Shown here: positions 31,282 through 41,854 of the stretch, one piece after another | Numbering within the stretch: the stretch's first letter is position 1 | How the letters are laid out: every line of letters starts with the position of its first letter | Origin: Hyalangium minutum | Lineage (GTDB): Bacteria > Myxococcota > Myxococcia > Myxococcales > Myxococcaceae | Assembly: GCF_000737315.1 (NCBI RefSeq) | Contig: NZ_JMCB01000008.1 | Location: 20,001-268,000, forward strand | DNA length: 248,000 bases | Reading direction: 5' to 3' | Made by a program: the position numbers and the translations under genes | The notes under the pieces: generated by a model | Told to the model about the DNA's origin: nothing | What the model saw: the letters and a program-made list of their open reading frames with translations, nothing else | Database searches by the model: none

Positions 31282-34200
31282 ATGACATCCAGGGTTAGTT
31301 GGGGAGCAGTTCTGCTGTCCGCGGCGATGACGGTGACGGGATGTGGCGAGGAGCCTTCCGAACTGTCCGCCGTACCAGAGGCCGAGGCCACCACGGTGGC
31401 CACTCACACGGCCATCCAGGCGCTGGCCAGCACCGACAAGGTGCTCATCCTGGGCAGCAGCGTGAGCGGCGGAGCGCAGAGCCGCGAGGCGCAGGCGGTG
31501 GCGGCGCTGTCGCCCAGCACGCAGGTTGACGTGGTGTCGGCGGAGCAGTGGCGGGCGATGACGGCCCAGCAGTTCATGTCGTATCGGGCGATCATCATCG
31601 GCGATGCGGCCTGCCAGAGCGGCACGGCGGCGTTCCAGGCGGCGGTGGACACCCGCAACGTCTGGGGCCCGATGATCGACGGCACCGTGGCGCTGGCCAG
31701 CACCAACCTGTCCAGCAACGGCACGCCGCACATGCTGGAGAACGCCATCGCGTTCGCGCTGGACTCGCCGCAGCAGCGCACGGGCATGTACGTCTCGCTG
31801 GGCTGCGCCTACCAGAGCGCCGCACCCAACACGGCGGTGCAGCTGCTCGAGCCGCTCGGCGTCTTCAAGGTGTCGGGCCTGCAGGCCTGCGCCAACGCCG
31901 GCCACATCTTCGAGATGAACACCGGCATCATGACCCGGAACCTCTCGGACTCGCAGCTGTCGTCCAGCGGGTGCGTGGCGCGCTCGGTGTTCACCCAGTA
32001 CCCCGACCGCAACTTCTCCTTCGTGGCGGTGGCGCGGAACACCTCCGGCGCTTCGCTGCCGGGCCAGCAGTCCTACACGGACTACATGGAGAACCCGGAG
32101 CAGGAGACGAGCTACAACGGCACGCCGTACCTGCTCGTGCGCGGGGCGTCGACCCTGAGCGCCGGCTGCGGCCTGTCGGACTACTCGCCTGCCGGTGAGG
32201 AGTGCGACATGGGCGACGGGTGGAACGGGCAGGCCGCGGTGCAGGGCCAGAACCCGCTCGATACCTGCTCGTACACGTGCCGCAACAACTGGTGCGGCGA
32301 TGGCGTGGTGGACGCGAACTTCGGTGAGGAGTGCGACAACGGCAACCAGAACGGCCGCTTGCTCAGCTCCGCCGGCGCCCTGGGCAACTGCTCTTCGGCC
32401 TGCAAGCTGATTGGCCCTTCCTCGCCGCCACCGAGCAACCCGCCCGTGGCGCGCTGCAAGGACGCGGTGGTGTCGGCCGGGTACACCTGCGGCGTGTACG
32501 CGAGCGTCGACAACGGCTCCTACGACCCGGACAATGACCTGGTGTCGTGCACGCAGAGCCCGGACAGCGTGTACGGCCTGGGCACCACGGCGGTGACGCT
32601 GACCTGCCGCGATGCCCAGAGCCACGTGTCCACGTGCAACGCCACGGTGACGGTGGTGGACAACACGCCGCCGGTGGTGACGCTCAACGGCTCCGCCAGC
32701 CACACGCTGGAGTGCAACCGGAACCTCGTGTACCCGGATCAGGGTGCCACCGGTCAGGACGCCTGCTCGGGCGCCCTGCCGACGGTGCGCTCGGGTGTGG
32801 TGAACATGGCCCAGGCCAGCACCTACAGCCTGACCTATACCGCGACGGACGGGTCTGGCAACCAGGGCTCGGCCACGCGCAGCGTCACCGTGGCGGACAC
32901 GCTGGCGCCGACCCTGACGCTGCTGGGCGCGGCTTCGGTGACCGCGGAGTGCGGCACTGCGTTCAATGACCCCGGGGCCGCGGTCTCGGATCAGTGCGTG
33001 AACAGCATCTCGGCCACGCGGTCCGGCGCGCTGAACCTCTCGGCGCCTGGCGCCTACACGCTGCGCTACGACGCGCGGGACCCGTCGAACAACGCGGCGG
33101 CGTTCAAGACCCGCACCGTGACCGTGAGGGACACGCTCAAGCCCACGGTGACCGTGCAGGGTGCCCTGAACCAGGCGGTGGAGTGCGGCAGCGCCTACAC
33201 GGACCCGGGTGCCACGGTGCAGGACCAGTGCGCGACCTCCCTGGCGGCGACGGCGACGGGCTCGGTCAATGCCTCGCAGCCGGGCACCTACACCCTGAGC
33301 TACCGGGCGGTGGATCCGTCCGGCAACGTGGGCACGGCCACCTCTTCTCGCACGGTGACGGTGAGCGACACGCTGGCGCCCGCCCTGACGCTCAACGGCC
33401 CGGCCTCGCTGCAGCTCGAGTGCGCCACCCCCTACACGGATCTGGGCGCCACGGCGCAGGACCTGTGCGCGGGTTCGGTGGCCGTCACGTCGACCGGCTC
33501 GGTGAACAACCGGCAGCTGGGTCCCCAGACGATCAGCTACAGCGCGAACGACGGCCGCGGCCACACCGCCTCGGCGACGCGCACGGTCACCGTCGCCGAC
33601 ACCCGGGCGCCGGCCATCACCGTGCAGGGCTCGCTCAACACCACGTATGAGTGCGGCTCCACGTATGTGGATCTGGGCGCCACGGCCTCGGACGCCTGCG
33701 CGGGCTCGGTGCCGGTCACCGCGACGCAGACGAGCAACCCGAACCAGCCGGGCAGCTTCACCATCACCTACTCGGCGGTGGACCCGTCCGGAAACTCGGC
33801 CACCTCGACCGCCACCCGCACGGTGTCGGTGAACGACAGCGCTCCGCCCACCCTGGTGCTCAACGGCCCGGCCACCCAGTCTCTGGAGTGCGGCTCCTCC
33901 TACGAGGACCCCGGCGCCCTGGCTCAGGATGCGTGCTTCGGCGATGTCACGGCCCGCATCACGCGGAGCGGCTCGGTGAACGCCAGCGCCCCGGGCACCT
34001 ACGCGCTCACCTACAACGTGACGGATCCCGCGGGCCAGGCCGCTCCGTCGGTCAGCCGCACGGTGAACGTCAGCGACACGCTGGCGCCGACCCTGACGGT
34101 GCAGGGCTCGCTCAACGCGCAGGTCGAGTGTGGCACGGCGTACAACGATGCGGGCGCCACGGCCTCGGACGTCTGCGCCGGGAACCTGAACTCCGCCATC

Positions 34201-35325
34201 CGCACCACCAGCAACGTCAACACCTCCGCTCCGGGCGGCTACACCGTGAGCTACGCGGTGACGGATGCCTCCGGCAACTCCGCCTCGGGCGGCCGGGCGG
34301 TGACGGTGCGTGACACCCAGGCGCCGGTCATCACGCCGCGCCCCGGTCCCTCCACCCTGGAGTGCAACGGCACGCCCTACGTGGAGCTGGGCGCCACGGC
34401 CAACGACGCCTGCCGTGGGGATCTGAGCTCGGCCATCACCACCACCAGCAACCTCGACCAGACGCGCTCGGGTACGTACAACGTCACCTACCGCGTGGCG
34501 GACGCCTCCGGGAACGTGGGCACCGCGGTGCGCATGCTCACCGTCGGCCCCTGCTCCACCAACTCGTGCACGAACATCCGCCTGGGTGACTACAACCTGT
34601 TCCTGCAGGAGAACTACACCGGTGGCCACGACGTGGTGGGCAAGGTGGCGGCGGGCGGCAACATCTCCATGACGGACTTCTCCGTCGGCATGGGCCTGCC
34701 GTCCTCCAACCTCTCCAACACGCTGGTGGCGGGCGGCAACCTGTCGCTGTCTCGCGGCTCCATCGGCGGCGACGCCTGGTACGGTGGCACGCTCACCGCG
34801 GACCAGAGCGTGTCGCAGTCGCGCGGCGTCCGCCGCCAGGGCACGCCGATCGACTTCGCGGCCAAGTTCAGCGAGCTGCGCGGCCTGACGGGTCAGCTGG
34901 CCAACATGACGGCCACGGGCACCACCCGCCGCGAGAGCTGGGGTGGCATCTCGATGACGGGCAACCGCTCCACGGTGAACGTGTTCGACATCAGCGCCAG
35001 CGCCTTCACCGGTGCGGTGTACTGGCAGATCAACGCGCCGGCCGGCTCGCTGGTGGTGGTCAACATCCGCGGCTCTGCGGCCCGGTTCACCAACTTCGGC
35101 ATCCAGTTCAGCGGCGGCATCGACCAGCACGGCGTCCTGTTCAACTTCGTGGACACCACGAGCATCACCGCCTCGGGCTTCGGCTTCTGGGGCACGGTCC
35201 TGGCGCCCTACGCGGACGTGAACTTCAACAACGGCAGCTGGGATGGCGGCATCTACGCGAAGTCCTTCACGGGCAACGCCGAGGGCCACATCAACCCGCT
35301 CAACGACCGCGACATCTGCCCGTGA
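31282..35325 (+). CDS. Large lipoprotein with DUF5011/Ig-like repeats and C-terminal choice-of-anchor-A domain
   Basis: VTGC lipobox; about nine ECG..YxDPGATAxD repeats; YNLF...GKVAAGGNI domain. Confidence 0.75.
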   Translation: MTSRVSWGAVLLSAAMTVTGCGEEPSELSAVPEAEATTVATHTAIQALASTDKVLILGSSVSGGAQSREAQAVAALSPSTQVDVVSAEQWRAMTAQQFMSYRAIIIGDAACQSGTAAFQAAVDTRNVWGPMIDGTVALASTNLSSNGTPHMLENAIAFALDSPQQRTGMYVSLGCAYQSAAPNTAVQLLEPLGVFKVSGLQACANAGHIFEMNTGIMTRNLSDSQLSSSGCVARSVFTQYPDRNFSFVAVARNTSGASLPGQQSYTDYMENPEQETSYNGTPYLLVRGASTLSAGCGLSDYSPAGEECDMGDGWNGQAAVQGQNPLDTCSYTCRNNWCGDGVVDANFGEECDNGNQNGRLLSSAGALGNCSSACKLIGPSSPPPSNPPVARCKDAVVSAGYTCGVYASVDNGSYDPDNDLVSCTQSPDSVYGLGTTAVTLTCRDAQSHVSTCNATVTVVDNTPPVVTLNGSASHTLECNRNLVYPDQGATGQDACSGALPTVRSGVVNMAQASTYSLTYTATDGSGNQGSATRSVTVADTLAPTLTLLGAASVTAECGTAFNDPGAAVSDQCVNSISATRSGALNLSAPGAYTLRYDARDPSNNAAAFKTRTVTVRDTLKPTVTVQGALNQAVECGSAYTDPGATVQDQCATSLAATATGSVNASQPGTYTLSYRAVDPSGNVGTATSSRTVTVSDTLAPALTLNGPASLQLECATPYTDLGATAQDLCAGSVAVTSTGSVNNRQLGPQTISYSANDGRGHTASATRTVTVADTRAPAITVQGSLNTTYECGSTYVDLGATASDACAGSVPVTATQTSNPNQPGSFTITYSAVDPSGNSATSTATRTVSVNDSAPPTLVLNGPATQSLECGSSYEDPGALAQDACFGDVTARITRSGSVNASAPGTYALTYNVTDPAGQAAPSVSRTVNVSDTLAPTLTVQGSLNAQVECGTAYNDAGATASDVCAGNLNSAIRTTSNVNTSAPGGYTVSYAVTDASGNSASGGRAVTVRDTQAPVITPRPGPSTLECNGTPYVELGATANDACRGDLSSAITTTSNLDQTRSGTYNVTYRVADASGNVGTAVRMLTVGPCSTNSCTNIRLGDYNLFLQENYTGGHDVVGKVAAGGNISMTDFSVGMGLPSSNLSNTLVAGGNLSLSRGSIGGDAWYGGTLTADQSVSQSRGVRRQGTPIDFAAKFSELRGLTGQLANMTATGTTRRESWGGISMTGNRSTVNVFDISASAFTGAVYWQINAPAGSLVVVNIRGSAARFTNFGIQFSGGIDQHGVLFNFVDTTSITASGFGFWGTVLAPYADVNFNNGSWDGGIYAKSFTGNAEGHINPLNDRDICP

Positions 35326-35433
35326 GGGATGAGGCGGGAGCTCCACTGAGAGCTCCCGCTTCGGCCTCCCGAAGCTGAATGCTGAGCACAGCCCTCGCCC
35401 CACCGGAGCCCGCTCCGGACCGGGGCGGGGGCT

Positions 35434-37428
35434 TCAGCTTTTCTGGCGGCGCGAGCGCAGCGCCCACGCCCCCAGCATCAGCGCCACGGCGCCCAGCCCC
35501 GCGCCCGAGGCGCTCTCGCAGCCACAGCCCACCTCGAGCGCTCCGGGCATTACCACCGTGAACGTCGTGGGCGCGGAGGAGAAGCCAGTGCTGCCTCCCG
35601 TCTCCAGCGCCTGAGCCGTGACGGTGTGCTCACCGGGTGCCAGCGCCTGACCGGGCGTGAGCGTGTAATAGAAGCGCCCGGCCTGATCCAACGGCACCTG
35701 GGCCACCTCGGCTCCGTCCACCTGAAGGCGAACCGAGACGCCCAAGGGACTCGTCCCCGTGAGGAGGGGCGTGGGATCCACCTGCTCGCCCTGCGCGGGA
35801 GACACGAGGATGGGGTTCATCGCCGGCTCGGCGACGTCGAAGCGGGTCACCGCGGAGAGCGGGCTGTACAGCCCCAGGGACTCCGCGGATGCGCGAAGCT
35901 CGTGTGCTCCAGGCGTCAGCTCCATGGGGGCCGTGTAGACGAAGCCGCCATCGGGGCTGCTCGCCTGCACCTGCACGTAGGGCGTCCCATCCAGGAAGAG
36001 GTGAACCTGGACGCCCTGCTCGGCCGCCCCTTCGAAGCGGGGACGCGGCGCCACGCCGACCGCTCCATTCACTGGCTGCGACACCGTGGGCGTTACGAGC
36101 GTTCGCACCCCGGTGACTGTTTGCTGCGCCGAGCCGTACGCGCTTCCACCATCCAAGCTGGCCGGCCCCGCGCCCCGGCTGTCGCCCGTCGCCGACGATC
36201 GCCCCGCCGCCCCGGCGAGCACCACCGCGGGACACGTGAGGGGCTGTCCCTGCAGGAAGACGACGCCTCCAGCGCCGCCACCGCCCGGGCCAATCGGGTA
36301 CGCGGGATGAACGGTGTCTCCGCCCGCGCCCCCCGAGGCGTCCGCAGCGCCGCAGGCCAGTCCCGCGGCGGATCTCAAGGAGATGGCTCCGCCTGCACCG
36401 CCGCCGCCCGCACCGTCATCTCCCGTCCCGGACGTAGGAGGCACCGACGCGCCCTTCGCGCTGAAGCGCCCCGTCCCCACCACCGCCCCCGCGCGCAGGA
36501 GCATCAGCCCACCTCCCGCGCCTCCGCTGGTTCCTAAATTGTTGTTGCCCTCGCCCGCGCCGCCGCCCCCGCCAAACACGAGGCGCTCGTAGGGCAGGTA
36601 CACCACGGCCGCTCCGCCCAGGCCACCCACGTCCCGGTCCCCGTCAGAAGAACGAGCCCCCGTGCCGCCCATGCCGGCATGGCCTCCACCGCCCCCCCCG
36701 GAGTTGTGGCAGTTACCGCCGCCCCCGCCGTTGGCCACGTTGCCTCGTCCCGAGGCCGTCCCGTACCGCCCGGCCACCAGCCCCTCTCCTTTATAGGAGC
36801 CACCGCTGGCCGAGGGCTCGTCGAGCCCCGCGCAGCCGTCACGGTCCGCGTGGTTGAGGTACACCCCACCCCGGAAGCCGGCGCCGTCCACCGACACGAG
36901 CCCGTTGTTGCTCAGCGTGCCGGTGGCCAACAGCGCGAGGATGCCGCCCACGCTCCCGTCCCACGGCGCCGCCCGGAGCGAGCCGTTGGCGAGCACCTGG
37001 ACGTCCGTGTACTCGGGCACACTCACCACCTGCGTCACCCTGGCGGGGAAGCCGTTCGTCAGCGGCGCGGTCAGCCGCAGCACGCCCGGAGACACGGCCT
37101 CGACGCGCCCGTACTCGAACTGGCCCACCGGGTTCGCCGCATCGAGGCGGATCTGCGATGGATCTCCCGAGGCAGGCGCCGGCGTCAGGTCCGTGGATTG
37201 ATGGAGGAGGACCAGGTCGCCCGCCGAGAAGGCGCTGGCATCCGAGAGCGTCAGGACCTGCGTCCCCGCCGGCGCGCTGGCGGTGAGCTGGGCGTAGCGG
37301 TTGACCACGGTGTCCTGCGCCGTGACCCGCAGAAGGCCTCTGCGCCCCGTGCCCAGTCCGAAGGTATCCGGCTCGGCCCCCGCACCACCGGCCCAGAGAA
37401 GTCCCGCCACCCAAAGAGTGTTCCGCAT
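35434..37428 (-). CDS. AgmC-like surface protein with Ig-like domains and MYXO-CTERM tail
   Basis: EPDTFGLGTG start, Gly-rich region, GCGC-TM-RSRR C-terminus. Confidence 0.65.
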   Translation of the reverse strand: MRNTLWVAGLLWAGGAGAEPDTFGLGTGRRGLLRVTAQDTVVNRYAQLTASAPAGTQVLTLSDASAFSAGDLVLLHQSTDLTPAPASGDPSQIRLDAANPVGQFEYGRVEAVSPGVLRLTAPLTNGFPARVTQVVSVPEYTDVQVLANGSLRAAPWDGSVGGILALLATGTLSNNGLVSVDGAGFRGGVYLNHADRDGCAGLDEPSASGGSYKGEGLVAGRYGTASGRGNVANGGGGGNCHNSGGGGGGHAGMGGTGARSSDGDRDVGGLGGAAVVYLPYERLVFGGGGGAGEGNNNLGTSGGAGGGLMLLRAGAVVGTGRFSAKGASVPPTSGTGDDGAGGGGAGGAISLRSAAGLACGAADASGGAGGDTVHPAYPIGPGGGGAGGVVFLQGQPLTCPAVVLAGAAGRSSATGDSRGAGPASLDGGSAYGSAQQTVTGVRTLVTPTVSQPVNGAVGVAPRPRFEGAAEQGVQVHLFLDGTPYVQVQASSPDGGFVYTAPMELTPGAHELRASAESLGLYSPLSAVTRFDVAEPAMNPILVSPAQGEQVDPTPLLTGTSPLGVSVRLQVDGAEVAQVPLDQAGRFYYTLTPGQALAPGEHTVTAQALETGGSTGFSSAPTTFTVVMPGALEVGCGCESASGAGLGAVALMLGAWALRSRRQKS

Positions 37429-37578
37429 GGGGGCATGCTGCCCCACCCCCTCACAAGGGTCGAGGAAGGTGCGGGCGGCGGCGCAGCCCCCTCAACGTCC
37501 GCAGGAGCACCCCAGCCCACAGCCCCGTGACGGCGACCACCTCGAACGACGTGCGCGGCAAGCGCGCCACCGTGTGGC

Positions 37579-38697
37579 TCAGGCCGCGCGGACCAGCTCG
37601 GCGACGGTCGCCTTGGGCGCAACCACGGCCTTCGGGCGGTTCTTGCGGATCTGCCGCGCGAGGATGAAGGTGTAGATGACGATTGGCAGGAGGAACAGGT
37701 CCGCCACGCCGCCCAGCTGGGCGAAGCGCCCCTGCACGTAGCCGTCGATCAGCAGGCCCACGTAGACGCCCACCACCACGAGCGAGCAGTGCGTGGAGGC
37801 CCAGAACACCACGTTGTTGGCCGTGCGCGGATCCTTGTGGGCACCGCGATAGAGCCGGGCCACGTGCCACACGGCCACCGGCGAGCTGGCCATCACGCCC
37901 AGCCCCACCCAGATGGGGACGCCCATCCAGAGCACGCCGGGGATGACCATCAGATACGCCACCGCCTGCACCACCGCGTGCATGTGGACGATCGTGCGGG
38001 GGCCCAGGCGCACCGGCAGCGTGCGCTTGCCCACGAGGATGTCACCCTCGTAGTCCTGCAGGTTCATGATCGTCATGCGCACGAACTGGATCAGAAAGGC
38101 CGGCAGCAGCAGCAGGAAGGGGAAGAAGCTGAACTCGCCCGAGGCCAGCGTGTAGCCGATCACCGGCACGCACCCGTTGAGCCCCGTCGTCACTGTCAGC
38201 TCACCCAGGCCCCGATAATTGAACTGGAACGGAGGCGCCGTGTAGAACCACCCCAGCGGCACCGCGATCAGCGCCGCGTACTGCGCCTCCGCCGGCATCG
38301 CCAGGATCAGCAGCAGCGCGGTACACAACAGGACACAGCTCGCCGTGAGGCTCACCCACGGCTTGAGCAGGCCCTCCACCAGCACCCGGCTGCCCCCCGT
38401 CCACGCGGTGGGCGCGGGGTTGGCCAGGTCCGCCTGCAGATCAAAGTACTCGTTGCAGTAGTGCGTCATCAGGTGGACGCACCAGACGAACAGCTGCCCG
38501 TGCACGTACGAAGCCAGAGAGGGCGTGTGCCCCAGGTAGACCGCCGCAGCCACACCCAGCGTGTAAAGAACCCAGCTGTACAGGAGGTATTTCGGCCGCC
38601 CCAGGCGAACCAGCAGCATGAAGCTGCGCTTGAGTGAAGCCGCGGGTGGAACAGCCACCACCTCGCCACCATGGATGGGCATCGGGAGATGATTCAC
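37579..38697 (-). CDS. UbiA/MenA-family prenyltransferase
   Basis: NEYFDLQAD, WFYTAPP..YRGLGE, QDYEGD...KRTL. Confidence 0.8.
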   Translation of the reverse strand: MNHLPMPIHGGEVVAVPPAASLKRSFMLLVRLGRPKYLLYSWVLYTLGVAAAVYLGHTPSLASYVHGQLFVWCVHLMTHYCNEYFDLQADLANPAPTAWTGGSRVLVEGLLKPWVSLTASCVLLCTALLLILAMPAEAQYAALIAVPLGWFYTAPPFQFNYRGLGELTVTTGLNGCVPVIGYTLASGEFSFFPFLLLLPAFLIQFVRMTIMNLQDYEGDILVGKRTLPVRLGPRTIVHMHAVVQAVAYLMVIPGVLWMGVPIWVGLGVMASSPVAVWHVARLYRGAHKDPRTANNVVFWASTHCSLVVVGVYVGLLIDGYVQGRFAQLGGVADLFLLPIVIYTFILARQIRKNRPKAVVAPKATVAELVRAA

Positions 38698-38720
38698 TGT
38701 GAGGGCCTCCTGACGACGGC

Positions 38721-38804
38721 AATTCTCTGAATCAGAGAATTAGCGATTAAAATGGTGAAATAGAATTCTTCTATTGTCAAAGAACTCCTGAAATACCGGT
38801 TCAG
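38721..38804. promoter_or_regulatory. AT-rich region with palindromic operator-like sites
   Basis: AATTCTCTGA-A-TCAGAGAATT (38721-38741) and AATAGAA-TTC-TTCTATT (38759-38775). Confidence 0.5.
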
Positions 38805-38889
38805 AATTCTTTTCCGAAGGTGAACAGATCACCGCCCTCTTCGCGCGGAGGTGAGTCCGCAACGGAGCGCTACCCACCTGTGCTTTTGT

Positions 38890-40614
38890 TTACGGTGCGC
38901 CCACGCCTTCGCTCGACACGTCCATCCGATCGAACGCGCGGCCGAGGGCCATGACACCCAGGCCTACTTCGAGCGACACCCCCGCCGCAGCGACGAGCCC
39001 CGCGCACGGCAGCGCCCAAACACCCAGCACGCCATAGAGCGCGAAGCCCACCAGCGCGGCGACGATGGCTGCAGGCAACAGCCCGCCCATCACCACCACG
39101 AGGGCACCTGCGAGCGTCAACAGCCGCTGGCCCAGTGCCTCGATGCCGCGGGCCCGCTCGCCATCAGCGGGGAGCCACGCGGGGAAGAGCACCACGGCGG
39201 CGTTCTGGACGAACACACCGCCAATGGCGAGCGCGGGCAGCAACGGCGCCAACCCCAGTGCCCCGGCCACCCACAGCTCGGCCCCCCACGGGCCGGGAGC
39301 CCCCACGGCCATGGCCACGGCCAGCAGGAGCAGCACGAGCTGCATGATGGCCAGCAGCACCCCCGGGGCCAGCATCTCGGCGGCGACCACCTGCCTTCCC
39401 GTCAACGGGAGCGCCCGGAGCAGATCCAGCTTGGGCAGATCCAGGCGGAGATCCGAGCGCATGGAGACGGGGCCGAACACGGTGAGCATGCCCGCGAACG
39501 TCAGGTAGACGCCCGCCATCACCTGCCGCGTCTGGGAGAGCGCGGCGGGAGCGAACACGGCGACGCCCAGGGGCACGGCGAGCCCCAGCAGCGCCAGCAC
39601 GAGCAGCACCTCGGGCCCGGCGATGCGACGCGCGGCGATGAGGTTCTTCCACAGCAGCGCCACCTCGGGCCGTCCGGAGGCGCTCAGGCGGAAGAAGGGC
39701 TTGCGCAGGACGATGTGCCCCACCCGGGCCACCCGCTGGCTGCGCCGCCGCGCCGTCTCCTCGGCCCGCACCACCACCGCCTCCTCGAAGGGGACGATGA
39801 GCACGGTGATCCAGAGGTAGTGGACCGCGAGCAGCCCCAGCACGATCGGCATCGAGCGGAGGAAGGCCCCCACCCCCTCCGCCAGAGCGGGCGCCACCAG
39901 GACGCGCCCCGGCCACAGGGCCACCTGGAGCGCCGGGTGCGAGACGAGCGCGAAGAGCCACTCCCGGGAAGGCGCCTGGCCCTCGGGGCCCACCGGGAAG
40001 GGGTTCTCCTGGAACGCCGAGTACCCGGCCCACCCCAGGGCCGCGAACAGCACGAGGAGCACGGCCCACCGCAGCACCGTGCCCCACCCTCCGAGCCGGG
40101 CCAGCCGCGTGCGAACGAACGAGGCCGCGGTGACGTGCAGGTTCACGGTGACGAACGCGAGCACGGAGCCCAGGAAGAACAGCACCAGGTGCGGGGTGAC
40201 GGCCCGCCCGATGAAGATCGTGGTGAAGACAGAGCTGACCCCGGCGCCCATCACCCCGCGGGCCAGCTTGTAGTGCAGCAGCCCGCGCCGGCTGATGGGT
40301 GCGGCGAACAGCTGCTGCACCTCCGTCTCCGTGAACGCGAGCGACGGCCGGTCCTGCCCGAGGATCCAAGCGGCGGCCAGCGACACCATCACCATGGTGC
40401 CCAGCGACAGCTCGGCCAGGGCGCGCGCGCTGGGGGGCAGCGACTCCACGGAGCGCGAGTAGCTCAGCCGCCGGACCACCATCATATAAAGGTAGGCACC
40501 GCCGACGATGAGCCCCGCCAGGTACTTCGGCTGGCGCATGCGCTCCAGCTGCTTGCGCACGCGGTTGCGCAGCGAGGCCCACCACAGGAACGCCACCGCG
40601 CGCGGGAAGCTCAT
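38890..40614 (-). CDS. Putative ABC exporter permease
   Basis: Many TM helices; coupled to ABC ATPase gene. Confidence 0.75.
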   Translation of the reverse strand: MSFPRAVAFLWWASLRNRVRKQLERMRQPKYLAGLIVGGAYLYMMVVRRLSYSRSVESLPPSARALAELSLGTMVMVSLAAAWILGQDRPSLAFTETEVQQLFAAPISRRGLLHYKLARGVMGAGVSSVFTTIFIGRAVTPHLVLFFLGSVLAFVTVNLHVTAASFVRTRLARLGGWGTVLRWAVLLVLFAALGWAGYSAFQENPFPVGPEGQAPSREWLFALVSHPALQVALWPGRVLVAPALAEGVGAFLRSMPIVLGLLAVHYLWITVLIVPFEEAVVVRAEETARRRSQRVARVGHIVLRKPFFRLSASGRPEVALLWKNLIAARRIAGPEVLLVLALLGLAVPLGVAVFAPAALSQTRQVMAGVYLTFAGMLTVFGPVSMRSDLRLDLPKLDLLRALPLTGRQVVAAEMLAPGVLLAIMQLVLLLLAVAMAVGAPGPWGAELWVAGALGLAPLLPALAIGGVFVQNAAVVLFPAWLPADGERARGIEALGQRLLTLAGALVVVMGGLLPAAIVAALVGFALYGVLGVWALPCAGLVAAAGVSLEVGLGVMALGRAFDRMDVSSEGVGAP

Positions 40615-41414
40615 GAGGCGGGAGGCTCCGGCCTCTCCTCGCTCCCGGCGCTGGTGATGCGCACGAAGATCTCCTCCAGCGAGGCGTTGCCGCCCTCCAG
40701 CCCGCTCAGCTGCGCGCGGATCTCCGCCAGGGTGCCGAGCGCCACCGCGCGGCCTCCGGAGATGACGAGGATGCGGTGGCACAGCTCCTCCACCAACGGC
40801 AGCAGGTGCGAGGAGAGCACCAGCGCCGCCCCCTGCTCCGCCCGCTTCCGCAGCGAGGCCTTCATCCTCCGGATGCCGATGGGGTCCAAGCCCGTGAGGG
40901 GCTCGTCCAGGAGAATGAGCCGCGGGTCATGCAGGAAGCCGCAGGCGATGGAGAGCTTCTGCTTCATGCCGCGCGACAGCTCTCCCGGCAGCGCCTTCTC
41001 CTTGTTCCCCAGCTCCATCTCCGCGAGCAGCGCGCGCGCCTTGTCCTCCCACTGCTCCACGCCATAGAGGCGGGCCACGAAGTTCAGGTGCTCCCAGACG
41101 GTGAGGTACTCGAAGAGGCGCGGCTCGTCCGGCAGGAACGCCAGCGCTTGCTTCGCCTTCACGGGCTCGTGCGCCACGTCATGGCCCACCACGGCGACCT
41201 TCCCCGAGGACACGGGGAGGATGCCCGCGAGGCACCTCAGGGTGGACGTCTTTCCCGCACCGTTGGGGCCCACCAGCCCCAGCACCTCGCCGGGCGCCAC
41301 CTGGAAGGTCAGCCCCTGCACGGCCTTCACCGCGCCGTAGGTCTTCTCCAGGGACACCACCTCCAGCACGGGCGTCCCGGTTCCAGGTTCCACTGTCGTC
41401 TCGGGAGGAAGCAC
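40611..41414 (-). CDS. ABC transporter ATP-binding protein
   Basis: GPNGAGKT, LSRGM, DEP. Confidence 0.9.
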   Translation of the reverse strand: MLPPETTVEPGTGTPVLEVVSLEKTYGAVKAVQGLTFQVAPGEVLGLVGPNGAGKTSTLRCLAGILPVSSGKVAVVGHDVAHEPVKAKQALAFLPDEPRLFEYLTVWEHLNFVARLYGVEQWEDKARALLAEMELGNKEKALPGELSRGMKQKLSIACGFLHDPRLILLDEPLTGLDPIGIRRMKASLRKRAEQGAALVLSSHLLPLVEELCHRILVISGGRAVALGTLAEIRAQLSGLEGGNASLEEIFVRITSAGSEERPEPPAS

Positions 41415-41426
41415 CTCGGCTCCGGC

Positions 41427-41804
41427 TCAGTGCAGGTTCAGCAGCCCCTTCACCGTATCGAGCACGACCTTGGCTTGCACGGGTTTGACGAGGTAGGCGC
41501 TTGCCCCGAGCGCCAGGGCCCGGTCGCGGTCCGCCGTGGCCCCCTCGGTGGTGATGACCACGATGGGGACGTCCTTGTGGATCGGATCCTGCCGGATGTG
41601 GCTGATCAGCTTGAGCCCATCCATCAGCGGCATGTTGATGTCGGTGAGGACCAGGTCGAACTGGCCCTGGGTGAACTTCTTCAGGCCGTCGGCACCGTCC
41701 GCGGCCTCGACGCAGACGACTCCGCCCAGCCGCTGCAGGGCATACATGATGCTGCGCCGCATGGCCTGGGAGTCGTCTACCACCAGCGCCCGGATCTGCG
41801 TCAT
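41427..41804 (-). CDS. CheY-like response regulator
   Basis: LVVDDS, DINMP, YLVKP. Confidence 0.9.
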   Translation of the reverse strand: MTQIRALVVDDSQAMRRSIMYALQRLGGVVCVEAADGADGLKKFTQGQFDLVLTDINMPLMDGLKLISHIRQDPIHKDVPIVVITTEGATADRDRALALGASAYLVKPVQAKVVLDTVKGLLNLH

Positions 41805-41854
41805 GGCTGGGAAGATACCACCGCCGTCCAGAAAACGGCCGGATTCGCCGCCGC

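Noticed and set aside
31156-35403. 1415-aa minus-strand ORF
   Set aside because: Shadow of the repeat lipoprotein
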